64,000 nucleotides of DNA from Gemmatimonadales bacterium (GCA_013812695.1 JACCSZ010000248.1:5556-69555); one strand, 5' to 3'; positions 41,937-50,839 are shown, counted from the stretch's first letter. Made by a program: numbers and translations. Notes: generated by a model from the letters alone, not told the origin.

Positions 41937-42857
41937 CTACGTCGCCGTACCCAGTGCGGCCAGGTTTGTCCGGACCACGAAGGCGATGAGCTCCTGCGCC
42001 GTCTCCGGCAAGAACGCACGGACCTCCGGGATCAGTCGTCCCGGCACCAGCCGTCCACCCAATCGACCCCTCGCGAGCCGGGTGATGAAGGTCGGTGCGT
42101 CCACGGGGATCCGATCGACATCGTTCCGCCCCACGACGAGCACGTGCAGGTTCTGGGCTCCCGGTGCCGATTCGTAGATCTTGTGCAGCTTGGCTTTGAA
42201 TCGCGGGTCCGCAACCAGGAAGTACACCGCCCCCTCCTGCAGGCGTCGCGCGGCCTCGGCGAAGTAGTCCACCTGAAGCTTGGCGATGATGAGCGGCTTG
42301 CCGAGCAGGGTCGCCACGGGTTGTACCTCGATCACGTGAAACGGCGTCGACACCAGAACGTCCGCCTGCGCGACCTCCTGGGGCGGCGTCCCGTGGGCCA
42401 TCAGCTCGAACGTGTCCACTCCGCTCGCGTCGAAGCCGTAGTCCTCGTGCAGCTCCCCGCACAGCGCGTTGATCTGATCGTGATTGCACTCGATGCACGC
42501 CGCCCGAAGGCGGACGGTCTCGAGCGCCTGACGGACGCGCTCCGGAAAGTCTCGAGCCGAGACGCCACGTCGCAGTCCATCGAGCAGCATGTTGACCATC
42601 CAATCCGCGGTCCGGCCCTGGAGCTGCGACCGGATGCCGTCCGTCGGAAGGAAGATCCCGGAACGGGCGCGCACTTCGACCAGGCGCTCGCGCTCCAGGT
42701 CCCTGTAGGCGGCCATCACCACCCGCGGATCCGCGTCCAGCTCCTGGGCGAGGTCGCGCACGCTCGGGAGTCGCTGGCCTCCCGACAGCGACCCCAAGTG
42801 GAGTCCACTGAACACCCGCTGCCGGATCAAATCGGTGATGTACTCTCGTTTGCCCAT
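41937..42857 (-). CDS. GntR-family transcriptional regulator, tandem paralog B
   Basis: Internal ATG (aa 17 of ORF 41937..42905). RLPSVRDLAQELDADPRVVMAAYRDLERERLVEVRARSGIFL. It aligns with paralog A along its full length. Confidence 0.75.
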   Translation of the reverse strand: MGKREYITDLIRQRVFSGLHLGSLSGGQRLPSVRDLAQELDADPRVVMAAYRDLERERLVEVRARSGIFLPTDGIRSQLQGRTADWMVNMLLDGLRRGVSARDFPERVRQALETVRLRAACIECNHDQINALCGELHEDYGFDASGVDTFELMAHGTPPQEVAQADVLVSTPFHVIEVQPVATLLGKPLIIAKLQVDYFAEAARRLQEGAVYFLVADPRFKAKLHKIYESAPGAQNLHVLVVGRNDVDRIPVDAPTFITRLARGRLGGRLVPGRLIPEVRAFLPETAQELIAFVVRTNLAALGTAT

Positions 42858-43078
42858 CCCCTTGGACCTCCCCAGTCGGCAGGATAATAGTCGCGGGCGT
42901 GCCACCGACTAGTGATCGGGGTCACAGAGCGTGCACCAGTTGGCCGATGAATGGCCTCGCTGGTGGATCGATTACGGTGTCGCATGCTACAGTTGCCGTA
43001 AGTGAGTCGCTCTGCTGCATTGCCACTGCATCAGCACACCTTAGCTTGGGACCTGGAAGCTGAGAGGAGCACCGAGCT

Positions 43079-43948
43079 ATGACTGCGTTGGCCATCCGCC
43101 CCGCCGACGGGCGCCAGTTCAGCGTCGAGCGCTTCACCCCCGCGATGCAATCCTGCCACTCTGCCGCATGTGGGACCAGTCTGTTCCAGCTGGTGTTCAT
43201 CGAGGGCGGGCGGGGATGGTGCCGGATCGGCACCGAGATCGTCTGGGCGGCGTCGGGCGATCTCCTGGTCGTGACACCCGGTCAGCAGCACGACCCGTCG
43301 GGCCTGCACGATACGACCAACTGGGTGATCCGCTTCGGCGTCGGCGCGGTGGGGTACGCCCCCCGGCACGGGGAGGCCACGGCTCTCATCGCCGACGACC
43401 TGTTCCTCACCACGTTTCTCAGTCCGGAGTTGCGACCAGCGGGAAACCGGTGCGCCGTACCGCTCGAGGATCGCCTGCGCTGGCTGGCTCGTCTGGCCAG
43501 CCTCGATCGCGAGCTTCACAGCCAAGCCCTGGGTTCGAATGCGGCTGCCCATGCGCTGCTGGAGCTCCTGCTCATCGACGTCGTGCGGGCGGTCCGTCCC
43601 CTGCTCGGCGCCGTCTCGCCCCAGAGCTGTCCGGTTCTGGTGAGCGTCTTCCGATTCATCGACCGGCGCTTCCGGTTCCCCATCGGGCTCGCGGACGTCG
43701 CCAAAGCGGTCGCCCGTTCTCCGTCCTACCTCACCGAGCTGGTGCGCCGGGAGACCGGCCGCACCGTCCTTCAGTGGATCATCGAACGCCGGATGGCCGA
43801 AGCCCGGCGGCTGCTCCTCGGTTCCGACGCGCGGGTGAAGGCCATCGGACAGGCGATCGGGTACGATGACGCGGGCCACTTCATCCGGCTCTTCAGCCGC
43901 CACCACAGTCTCCCTCCCCAGCAGTGGCGTCTCGCCCGTCGAGGCTGA
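43079..43948 (+). CDS. AraC-family transcriptional regulator (cupin-like N-domain + AraC HTH)
   Basis: The C terminus is LADVAKAVARSPSYLTELVRRETGRTVLQWIIERRMAEARRLL...IGYDDAGHFIRLF. The N-terminal region carries Cys26/Cys31. Confidence 0.8.
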   Translation: MTALAIRPADGRQFSVERFTPAMQSCHSAACGTSLFQLVFIEGGRGWCRIGTEIVWAASGDLLVVTPGQQHDPSGLHDTTNWVIRFGVGAVGYAPRHGEATALIADDLFLTTFLSPELRPAGNRCAVPLEDRLRWLARLASLDRELHSQALGSNAAAHALLELLLIDVVRAVRPLLGAVSPQSCPVLVSVFRFIDRRFRFPIGLADVAKAVARSPSYLTELVRRETGRTVLQWIIERRMAEARRLLLGSDARVKAIGQAIGYDDAGHFIRLFSRHHSLPPQQWRLARRG

Positions 43949-44052
43949 CCCCAACAGTCAAACCGCCATTGCCGGCGGTGAATCGTCCATTGCCCGTTCC
44001 CGTGCCGCCCGCCATCCTGACGAGGAAGACGTGTGTCCGTCACGGAGGTGGG

Positions 44053-44997
44053 ATGAAGGCGATCGTCATGACGAGGTTCGGCGGACCGGACGTGCTCCGC
44101 TGGGTGGAGCGAGCGGAGCCTCGGCCGCGCGCCCACGAGCTCCTGGTCCGGGTCGTCGCGACATCGGTGAACCTGGTGGACTGCAGCATCCGGCGGGGCG
44201 AGCAGGCCGTGGCGTTGCCGGCGATCATCGGGTACGACGTGTCCGGCGTCGTCGAGACCGTCGGCACGGAGGTGCAGGACTTCGTGCCGGGGGATGAGGT
44301 CTACTACATGGCGGAGATGTTCTCCAGCGACGGGAGCTACGCCGAGTATCACGTCGCCGCGGAGCGGATCGTGGCTCGCAAGCCCCGCAACCTCTCGCAC
44401 GTCGAGGCCGCCGGCATCCCCCTCGCGGCGAGTTCCGCATGGGAAGCGCTGATCGTGCGGGCCGGCCTTCGCGCGGGCGAGACCGTATTGATCCTCGGGG
44501 CGAGCGACACCGCGCTGTTCGGCATTCAGATCGCCCGTGCCGCGGGTGCGCAGGTGTACGTGGTCTGCCCGCCCGAAGCGGCCGCGCTCGCCCGGCAGCT
44601 CGGCGCCAGCCGGACGATCGATCTCCACGAAGATTTGCTCGCCGTCGTGCAGATCGAGAGCGCCGACGCGGCCGTCGAGGTCGTGTTCGACACCATCGAT
44701 GGCACGAACCTGCGCCGTATCATCCAGGCGATCAAGGCCCATGGCCGGATCGCGAGCACGGTGGCCGCAGGCACCGGACTGGAGCACGGGCTGGCGCGCA
44801 ACATCACCCACCATTCGGTATCCGTCGAGGCCGATCGCGGCCGGCTGGACTCGATCTGCGCGCTGATCCAGCGGGGGCAGATCGTGCCCGTGATCGATTC
44901 GGTCCTGACGCTGCGGGACGCCGCCACCGCGCACCGCATGCTGGAAGTCGGCGGCGTATTCGGCAAGGTCATCCTCTGCTCCATGGCGGCCGCGTGA
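44053..44997 (+). CDS. NADPH:quinone oxidoreductase / zeta-crystallin-type medium-chain dehydrogenase
   Basis: The ATG at 44053 is preceded by GGAGGTGG. MKAIVMTRFGGPDVL...ELLVRVVATSVNLVD...GKVIL. Confidence 0.85.
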   Translation: MKAIVMTRFGGPDVLRWVERAEPRPRAHELLVRVVATSVNLVDCSIRRGEQAVALPAIIGYDVSGVVETVGTEVQDFVPGDEVYYMAEMFSSDGSYAEYHVAAERIVARKPRNLSHVEAAGIPLAASSAWEALIVRAGLRAGETVLILGASDTALFGIQIARAAGAQVYVVCPPEAAALARQLGASRTIDLHEDLLAVVQIESADAAVEVVFDTIDGTNLRRIIQAIKAHGRIASTVAAGTGLEHGLARNITHHSVSVEADRGRLDSICALIQRGQIVPVIDSVLTLRDAATAHRMLEVGGVFGKVILCSMAAA

Positions 44998-45240
44998 CGC
45001 CGCGCCGCTCCACACTTGATCTGTTGCTCGAAGTCAACTGCCTTGTGGTACCGGCCACCCGCTGTCGGCTTGCATCGCGAAATCGCCCCATCCGCACGGC
45101 AAATCGCCTATTGGTCGCCGGATCCAGAATCGCCATCCTGGGACACGGCTCACCGGACCAGCGGTCGGGAACGACCGACCGCGGCAGACCACGGCATTTC
45201 CTTCCCGGCGCCCCATCTCTGACCGAAGACGGAGTCATTC

Positions 45241-46410
45241 ATGCGCAGACTGCTCAACCAGGGCGCGGCGTTCGCCAGCGCGGCCCTTGTCCTGGCGCTG
45301 GGCGCCTGCTCCGAACGGTCGAGTGTCACCGAGCCAGATCCGGCAGGCGCCCTTGCCCGCAAGGGCGCCTCCAGACCGGGGGCGGTGTACGTCCAGACCA
45401 ACACGGCGGGGTCGAATCATGTCGTCGCCTACGGCCGCGCAGCGGATGGCACCCTCAAGCGGAGCGGTACCTTCCGCACCGGCGGGCGGGGGACCGGCGA
45501 CCCCCGGCTTCCGTCCCAGGGCTCGGTCATCCTCAGCGATGACGACCGGTGGCTCCTAGTCGCGAACGTCGGCAGCAGCGAGATCTCGGTCTTCGCCGTG
45601 GGCGGCGACGGACTCTCGCTCACCGACAAGGTCCCCTCCGGCGGCCAGATGCCCTTCAGCCTGACCCTTCGGGGCACTCTGCTCTACGTGCTCAACGCCG
45701 GCGGCCGAGCCGGCGGGACGGACAACATCACCGCCTTCACCCTGAGCGCGGCGGGCCAACTCTCGCCGCTCCCGGGCTCCACCCGCCCCCTGAGCGCCGC
45801 CAACACCGACCCCGCCCAGGTCCAGTTCAGCCCGGACGGCGGGACCCTCGTCGTCACCGAGAAGGCCACCGACCGGATCGACACCTACGCCGTCGGAGCC
45901 GACGGCCTGGCCAGCGGGCCGACGGTGGACGACGCCAACGGCGACACGCCATTCGGCTTTGCGTTCACCACCACCGGGTACTTCGTGGTCACCGAGGCCT
46001 TCGACAAGGCCGTGGGCCAGGCGGCCGCCTCCTCCTACCGGCTCTCCGGCGCGACCGGGATCGCGGTGGTGAGCGGCACGGTGCGGAACGGCGAGAGCGA
46101 CGTGTGCTGGGCGGTGATCACCCAGGACGATCGCTACGCCTACATCACGAACTTCGGCAGTGGAACGCTCTCGAGCTACGGCATCGGCGGCGACGGCACC
46201 CTCACGCTGATCGACGCGGTGGCGGCCCGGACCAGCGCGGCGCTGGGCCCGCGCGACCAGGACCTGAGCGCCGACGGCCGGTACCTCTACGTCATCGACG
46301 TCGGCACGCAGCGGGTGAGCGGCTACGAGATCGGGAGCGATGGGAGCCTTGCAGCCGTCGCTGAGGTGGGCGGACTCCCGCCCACGATCGCGGGGATGGC
46401 CGCGCGCTGA
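45241..46410 (+). CDS. 7-bladed beta-propeller lactonase-like lipoprotein
   Basis: Lipobox LALGAC. Repeated blade motifs: DDRWLLVANVGSSEISVFAV, FSPDGGTLVVTEKATDRIDTYAV, LSADGRYLYVIDVGTQRVSGYEI. Confidence 0.7.
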   Translation: MRRLLNQGAAFASAALVLALGACSERSSVTEPDPAGALARKGASRPGAVYVQTNTAGSNHVVAYGRAADGTLKRSGTFRTGGRGTGDPRLPSQGSVILSDDDRWLLVANVGSSEISVFAVGGDGLSLTDKVPSGGQMPFSLTLRGTLLYVLNAGGRAGGTDNITAFTLSAAGQLSPLPGSTRPLSAANTDPAQVQFSPDGGTLVVTEKATDRIDTYAVGADGLASGPTVDDANGDTPFGFAFTTTGYFVVTEAFDKAVGQAAASSYRLSGATGIAVVSGTVRNGESDVCWAVITQDDRYAYITNFGSGTLSSYGIGGDGTLTLIDAVAARTSAALGPRDQDLSADGRYLYVIDVGTQRVSGYEIGSDGSLAAVAEVGGLPPTIAGMAAR

Positions 46411-46448
46411 CGGGACACGCACAATCAGTCATACGAGGAGCCACCATC

Positions 46449-47630
46449 ATGCGGACGAGCTGGAGTTTGCTGCTGACGATCGGCCTGGGAGCCGCTGCAG
46501 GCGCCTGTGGCGATGACGCGCCGAACCCCAATGATCCTAGCCGGCCTGGGCCGCGGCTGCCCAACAACATGGCCAGCGTCATCAGCCTGGACACGGCGGC
46601 CGCCACCGCGGTGCTGCCACTGTATCGCGGGGAGGACCTCAATGGCGGCGCGGTGTATTTCGTCATCACCGAGTCAAACAACATAGACGAGTCGGTGCGC
46701 CTGGGACTGAACTGGGCGCCCAAGATCGTTCACGCGGCTCAAACCAAGGCCGTGCAGCGGGCCACCGAGGTGAGTGGCGGCGGAGGCAACCCCAACGACT
46801 TTCCGGCTGTCCGGTTTTCGGGCAACGTCGACTTCGGCCCGACCCGCAACCTGGTGCCGGGCCCCGATCTCTTCCCGCTGGACCCGAGCACCACACCCGG
46901 GTCGGTCGGCGACGCGGACTACAGCCCGGTCTTCACCCTCGACGATCCGAGCGCGGATTCCACCGCGACGATCGTGTACAACGCGCCTCACCTCGCGAAC
47001 AGCACCGGGGTGCACGACCGGGTGATCAGTATCGACAGCGCCGGGATGCAGGTGACGCTCCAGTTGACCAAGGGCTTCTACGAGGGGTTCGGCATTCTCT
47101 ACTTGAGCACCGAGACGTCCCATGATGACGTGGCGGCGCTGGAGATAGGGACGTTCGCGCCCAACCTCAACGAGGCGCCATTCCCGGGAGACGACAAGCC
47201 GTTTCGCTCGGCCCGTGAGGCGATTATCCCCATCGTCAACGGCCCTACGGGAATCGATAATCCGAGCCGCCAGGGACTTCAGTCCGCCGTCCTCGGCGAG
47301 GGCGACCCGCTCAACATCTTCCAGGAGCAGGCCGGGTGCGATGAACCGGACGATCCCGCCATCTTCTGCGATGCCGTCCTCTATAGCCCGCTCTGGGATG
47401 TGCACCCGGTGGTGTGGACGCAAGCCGCGATCGACGCGGGTATTCGGGACCGGATCACTTCGGACAAGCGGGAGGTCATCGCCCCGCTCAACATCATCGA
47501 TCTGCTGGCCGACGGCTGGCTAGAGCCGGGTGCACCCGGTGGTGCCCGCAATTCGACGCTGGGCGGCCTCCCGGCGGCCGGCATCATCGTCAACTGCCCG
47601 ATCATCTTCGTCGCGGAAGACTCCCGATGA
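46449..47630 (+). CDS. secreted lipoprotein of unrecognised family (paralog 1 of 3 in this window)
   Basis: Lipobox AAGAC. It shares the ordered motifs LPLYRG, GNVDFGP, YSPLWDVH..W and VNCP with the 59745 and 61089 products. Confidence 0.6.
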   Translation: MRTSWSLLLTIGLGAAAGACGDDAPNPNDPSRPGPRLPNNMASVISLDTAAATAVLPLYRGEDLNGGAVYFVITESNNIDESVRLGLNWAPKIVHAAQTKAVQRATEVSGGGGNPNDFPAVRFSGNVDFGPTRNLVPGPDLFPLDPSTTPGSVGDADYSPVFTLDDPSADSTATIVYNAPHLANSTGVHDRVISIDSAGMQVTLQLTKGFYEGFGILYLSTETSHDDVAALEIGTFAPNLNEAPFPGDDKPFRSAREAIIPIVNGPTGIDNPSRQGLQSAVLGEGDPLNIFQEQAGCDEPDDPAIFCDAVLYSPLWDVHPVVWTQAAIDAGIRDRITSDKREVIAPLNIIDLLADGWLEPGAPGGARNSTLGGLPAAGIIVNCPIIFVAEDSR

Positions 47631-47651
47631 CGATCGACGCCGCAGAGTCGA

Positions 47652-47673
47652 GCCCGCATCAGACGATGCGGGC
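47652..47673 (+). other. 9-bp stem / 4-nt loop intercistronic hairpin (GCCCGCATC-AGAC-GATGCGGGC)
   Basis: Read directly. It lies 22 nt after the 47630 stop and has no U-tract. Confidence 0.4.
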
Positions 47674-47690
47674 GATACCGCGCAACCGGA

Positions 47691-48431
47691 GTGATCATCA
47701 TGGATGCTGACGTAACCAAGAGCATCACGCTCTCGAATATCCGGCAGTTGTGGGAGCCAGGCACCCGCCGGGAGTTCCTACGAGTGGCGGCTCTCGGCGG
47801 CAGCGCGGTCCTGCTGCCCGCCATGTTCGCGGCCTGCGGCGACGACGACGGCGGCCCCATGGAGCCGCCCCCGCCGGATGCCGTCGTCCTCGACTTGAGC
47901 AGCGATGCCGGGGTGCTCAATTACGCCTACGCGCTCGAGCAGCTCGAGGCGGCGTTCTACACCCAGGTGATCCAGGCGTTCTACGCCGGGATCACGCCTG
48001 AGGAGCAGCAGGTTCTGACCGATATCGGGGGCCACGAAGTGATCCACCGCGACTTCCTGGCGGCGACGCTCGGGGGCGCCAGGATCCCGGACCTGATGGT
48101 CGACTTCGCCGGCGGAAACGTGGATTTCACCAGCCGGTTCAGCGTGCTCAGCACCGCGAAGATATTCGAGGACGGCGGGGTGGCGGCCTACAACGGCGCC
48201 GGGAGGCTGCTGACGGACCTGAACAACCTGCTCGTCGCCGGGAAGATCGTGTCGGTCGAGGCGCGTCATGCCGCCGCGATCCGTGATCTCCTCAGGCCGG
48301 GGACCAGAGACTTCGCGGGCGACGACGTGGTGGATCCCTCGGGGCTCGATCAGGCGTTCGAGCCCGGCTTCGTGCTCCAGGACTCGGGGCTCGGACAGTT
48401 CATCATCACGCCCATCGAGATCGTTTCCTGA
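47691..48431 (+). CDS. ferritin-like domain protein (Ferritin_2 / desiccation-related type) with Tat signal and lipobox
   Basis: TRREFLRVAALGG...MFAAC, then LNYAYALEQLEAAFY...GHEVIHRDFL...SVEARHAAAIR. The true start may be the ATG at 47700. Confidence 0.75.
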   Translation: MIIMDADVTKSITLSNIRQLWEPGTRREFLRVAALGGSAVLLPAMFAACGDDDGGPMEPPPPDAVVLDLSSDAGVLNYAYALEQLEAAFYTQVIQAFYAGITPEEQQVLTDIGGHEVIHRDFLAATLGGARIPDLMVDFAGGNVDFTSRFSVLSTAKIFEDGGVAAYNGAGRLLTDLNNLLVAGKIVSVEARHAAAIRDLLRPGTRDFAGDDVVDPSGLDQAFEPGFVLQDSGLGQFIITPIEIVS

Positions 48432-48455
48432 CCTCTGTCCCTGGAGACACGCACC

Positions 48456-49244
48456 ATGGACCAGAACCACCCGACCATCGAGAAGATCGAGCCCGGCGTC
48501 CTGGCGCGGAACGTCTCCCGCCGCGGCGCCATTCGAGAGGGAGTGGGCGCGGGCTCCGCGGTCGTTGCCGGCCTCGCGCTGGCGTCGCTGCCGGTGGGAC
48601 TCGCGTCGTTCGCCCGCAAGGCCTACGCACAGGCTCCCGCCCCTTCCATCGTGGACGTGCTCAACTTCGCGCTCACCCTGGAGTACCTCGAGGACGAGTT
48701 TTATCGCACGGGGCTTGCCGCCGCCGTCGCGGCGACGCTCTCCGCCCCCGAGCTGACCACGATCCAGCAGGTGAGCAAGCACGAGACCGCCCATGTGCGG
48801 TTTCTGACAGCCGCCATTCCCGCGTTCGGAGGGACGCCGGTCACCAAGCCGACCTTCGACTTCACGGCGGGGGGTGCCTTCGCCGACGTCTTTTCCAACC
48901 GGGTCACCTTCCTCGCCCTGGCCCAGACGTTCGAGGATACCGGGGTACGCGCGTACAAGGGGCAGGCGGGCAACGTCGCCTCCAACGACGGGGTGTTGAC
49001 CGCGGCGCTCCAGATCCACTCCGTGGAGGCTCGCCACGCGTCGCAGATCCGGCGCCTCCGCGGCCAGAAGGGCTGGATCACCAACAATGAGCGGGGCGAT
49101 CTCCCGCCGCAGTCGCAGGCCACCTATGACGGCGAGGAAACCGTCAACGGCGGGATCGGCAGCCCGGCGGTTACGGAGGCGTTCGACGAGCCGCTGACGA
49201 TGGAGCAGGTGCTGGCGATCGCCGGGCCGTTTATCGCCGGCTGA
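48456..49244 (+). CDS. ferritin-like domain protein (Ferritin_2 type) with Tat signal, partner of the previous gene
   Basis: SRRGAIREGVGAG..., then LNFALTLEYLEDEFY...KHETAHVRFL...HSVEARHASQIR. Confidence 0.75.
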   Translation: MDQNHPTIEKIEPGVLARNVSRRGAIREGVGAGSAVVAGLALASLPVGLASFARKAYAQAPAPSIVDVLNFALTLEYLEDEFYRTGLAAAVAATLSAPELTTIQQVSKHETAHVRFLTAAIPAFGGTPVTKPTFDFTAGGAFADVFSNRVTFLALAQTFEDTGVRAYKGQAGNVASNDGVLTAALQIHSVEARHASQIRRLRGQKGWITNNERGDLPPQSQATYDGEETVNGGIGSPAVTEAFDEPLTMEQVLAIAGPFIAG

Positions 49245-49600
49245 CGGGGCGAGCATGTGGGCGCCTGACTCTGGTGCGGCGATAGCACCAGCCCGACAGT
49301 CAGCGCGGCGAACGCCGCGCCCGCCGCCCGTTGGCCCGCGGCGACGGTTGGCCTCGGTGAACGTAACGTGAGGTGGGGCACCGCCGGAAAGCGCTCCACG
49401 GTGCGATGCTGAGGCCGCGTCGCAGCACACCGAGGCGCAGCCCGACGGAGCAGTCGGCCAGTCCCGGCTATGTACACCGGCAGCCTGGATCGCATCATGA
49501 ACGATGCACGTCTCACTCTGCCGCCGGCAGCAACACTCTCCGCCTGTAGCGATAACTGACCGGGCCCGGAGGTGCACGCCCTTGAGAAGCTCGAGCGAGT

Positions 49601-50125
49601 TTGCCGAGGAGGTCTAGCGTATGGCCCCGGCCATCGAATCCAGCCGTGTGGCGCAGGAGTCAGCCGCTGGCATGGCTCGAGGCCAGCGGCGCAATCGTAC
49701 TTCGGTACGGTCTCGTCGTGGTCCTGCTCTGGGTCGGCGGCTTGAAGTTCACGGTCTACGAGGCGGAGGGCGTGTATACGCATGCCTCCAACAGTCCGAT
49801 CCTCTCGTGGGCCTACGAGCTGCTGAGCGTGAGAGGAGTCTCGATGCTGTTGGGACTGGTCGAGATCCTTCTGGCGATTCTCATCGCGACCCGCCCGGTC
49901 CTGCCGAAGATCTCCGCCATCGGGAGCCTGGGAGCGATCGTCATGTTCGTGATCACCCTGACCCTCCTCCTGACCACGCCCGGAGTCTGGCAACCGGAGT
50001 ATAGATTCCCCGCGCTCTCCCCGATGCCGGGTCAGTTCCTGGCAAAGGACCTGGTACTGCTGGGGGCCGCGATGTGGACGGCGGGGGAAGCCCTGCGAGC
50101 GGCGAGGATGCGAGAATCGGGGTGA
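49601..50125 (+). CDS. DUF417 (YkgB/RclC-like) inner-membrane protein, copy 1
   Basis: LRYGLVVVLLWVGGLKFTVYEAEG...NSPILSW...LTTPGVWQP...FLAKDLVLLGAAMW. The 5' end is uncertain: TTG at 49601, GTG at 49646, or an out-of-frame SD+ATG at 49621. Confidence 0.7.
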   Translation: MPRRSSVWPRPSNPAVWRRSQPLAWLEASGAIVLRYGLVVVLLWVGGLKFTVYEAEGVYTHASNSPILSWAYELLSVRGVSMLLGLVEILLAILIATRPVLPKISAIGSLGAIVMFVITLTLLLTTPGVWQPEYRFPALSPMPGQFLAKDLVLLGAAMWTAGEALRAARMRESG

Positions 50126-50195
50126 CGCAGCGCCCAGCACGCGACGCGAGACCTGAAGCAGAACGTCGTTCACCATCGACAAGGGAGACGGGAAC

Positions 50196-50720
50196 ATGAC
50201 AAGCGCTACGGGCCGCATGGAACACGCGGGCACTGCCGATCTAGCGCGGACGCTGGACGGCCTCGGCGAGAAGATCATTCGCTACGGCATGGTCGCGATC
50301 CTGCTGTGGGTCGGCGCATTGAAATTCGCAGCCTACGAGGCTGAGAGCATTCAGGGCCTGGTCGCCAACAGCCCGCTGGTGTCGTGGGGCTACAGCGTAA
50401 TGAGCGTGCGGGGTTTTGCCGCGCTGATCGGCGTCATTGAGATCGCGCTGGGCTTGTTGATAGCGACGCGGCCGTTCGCGCCGAAACTGTCGGCGATCGG
50501 TAGCCTTGGCGTCATCGGCATGGCGCTCATCACGCTGACCTTTGTCCTCACGACGCCGGGCGTGTGGCAGCCGGGCTACGGTTTCCCCTACCTGTCCATG
50601 ACCGGAGCGTTCTTGGCGAAGGACCTCCTGCTGCTCGGCGCGGCGGTCTGGACGGCGGGGGAGGCCTTACGGGCCGCCGGCACTCCGTCGCCAAGTACCC
50701 GGCAAGCGGGAATCGTCTAA
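50196..50720 (+). CDS. DUF417 (YkgB/RclC-like) inner-membrane protein, copy 2
   Basis: IRYGMVAILLWVGALKFAAYEAES...NSPLVSW...LTTPGVWQP...FLAKDLLLLGAAVW. Confidence 0.75.
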   Translation: MTSATGRMEHAGTADLARTLDGLGEKIIRYGMVAILLWVGALKFAAYEAESIQGLVANSPLVSWGYSVMSVRGFAALIGVIEIALGLLIATRPFAPKLSAIGSLGVIGMALITLTFVLTTPGVWQPGYGFPYLSMTGAFLAKDLLLLGAAVWTAGEALRAAGTPSPSTRQAGIV

Positions 50721-50839
50721 CTGAACCGGCGAGGGAGAGTTGCCCCGTCGAGGTGCTGTCAAAGCGTCGTCGATGGTAACGGCAGACGCACGGACACCCT
50801 CGGCTCACCAGCTCGGCGTAAACGAAGAAGGGAAAAGCG

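Noticed and set aside
49124-50278. 384-aa minus-strand ORF spanning the long intergenic gap and DUF417 copy 1
   Set aside because: There is no recognisable family and the composition is low-complexity. It is antisense to a well-supported DUF417 gene with strong third-position GC bias on the plus strand.
50723-50749. ECF-sigma-like promoter (GAAC … CGTC) upstream of the DUF4142 gene
   Set aside because: The spacing between the GAAC and CGTC elements is 19 nt, longer than the 16-17 nt typical of GGAAC-N16/17-CGTT promoters. The match rests on tetranucleotides only.
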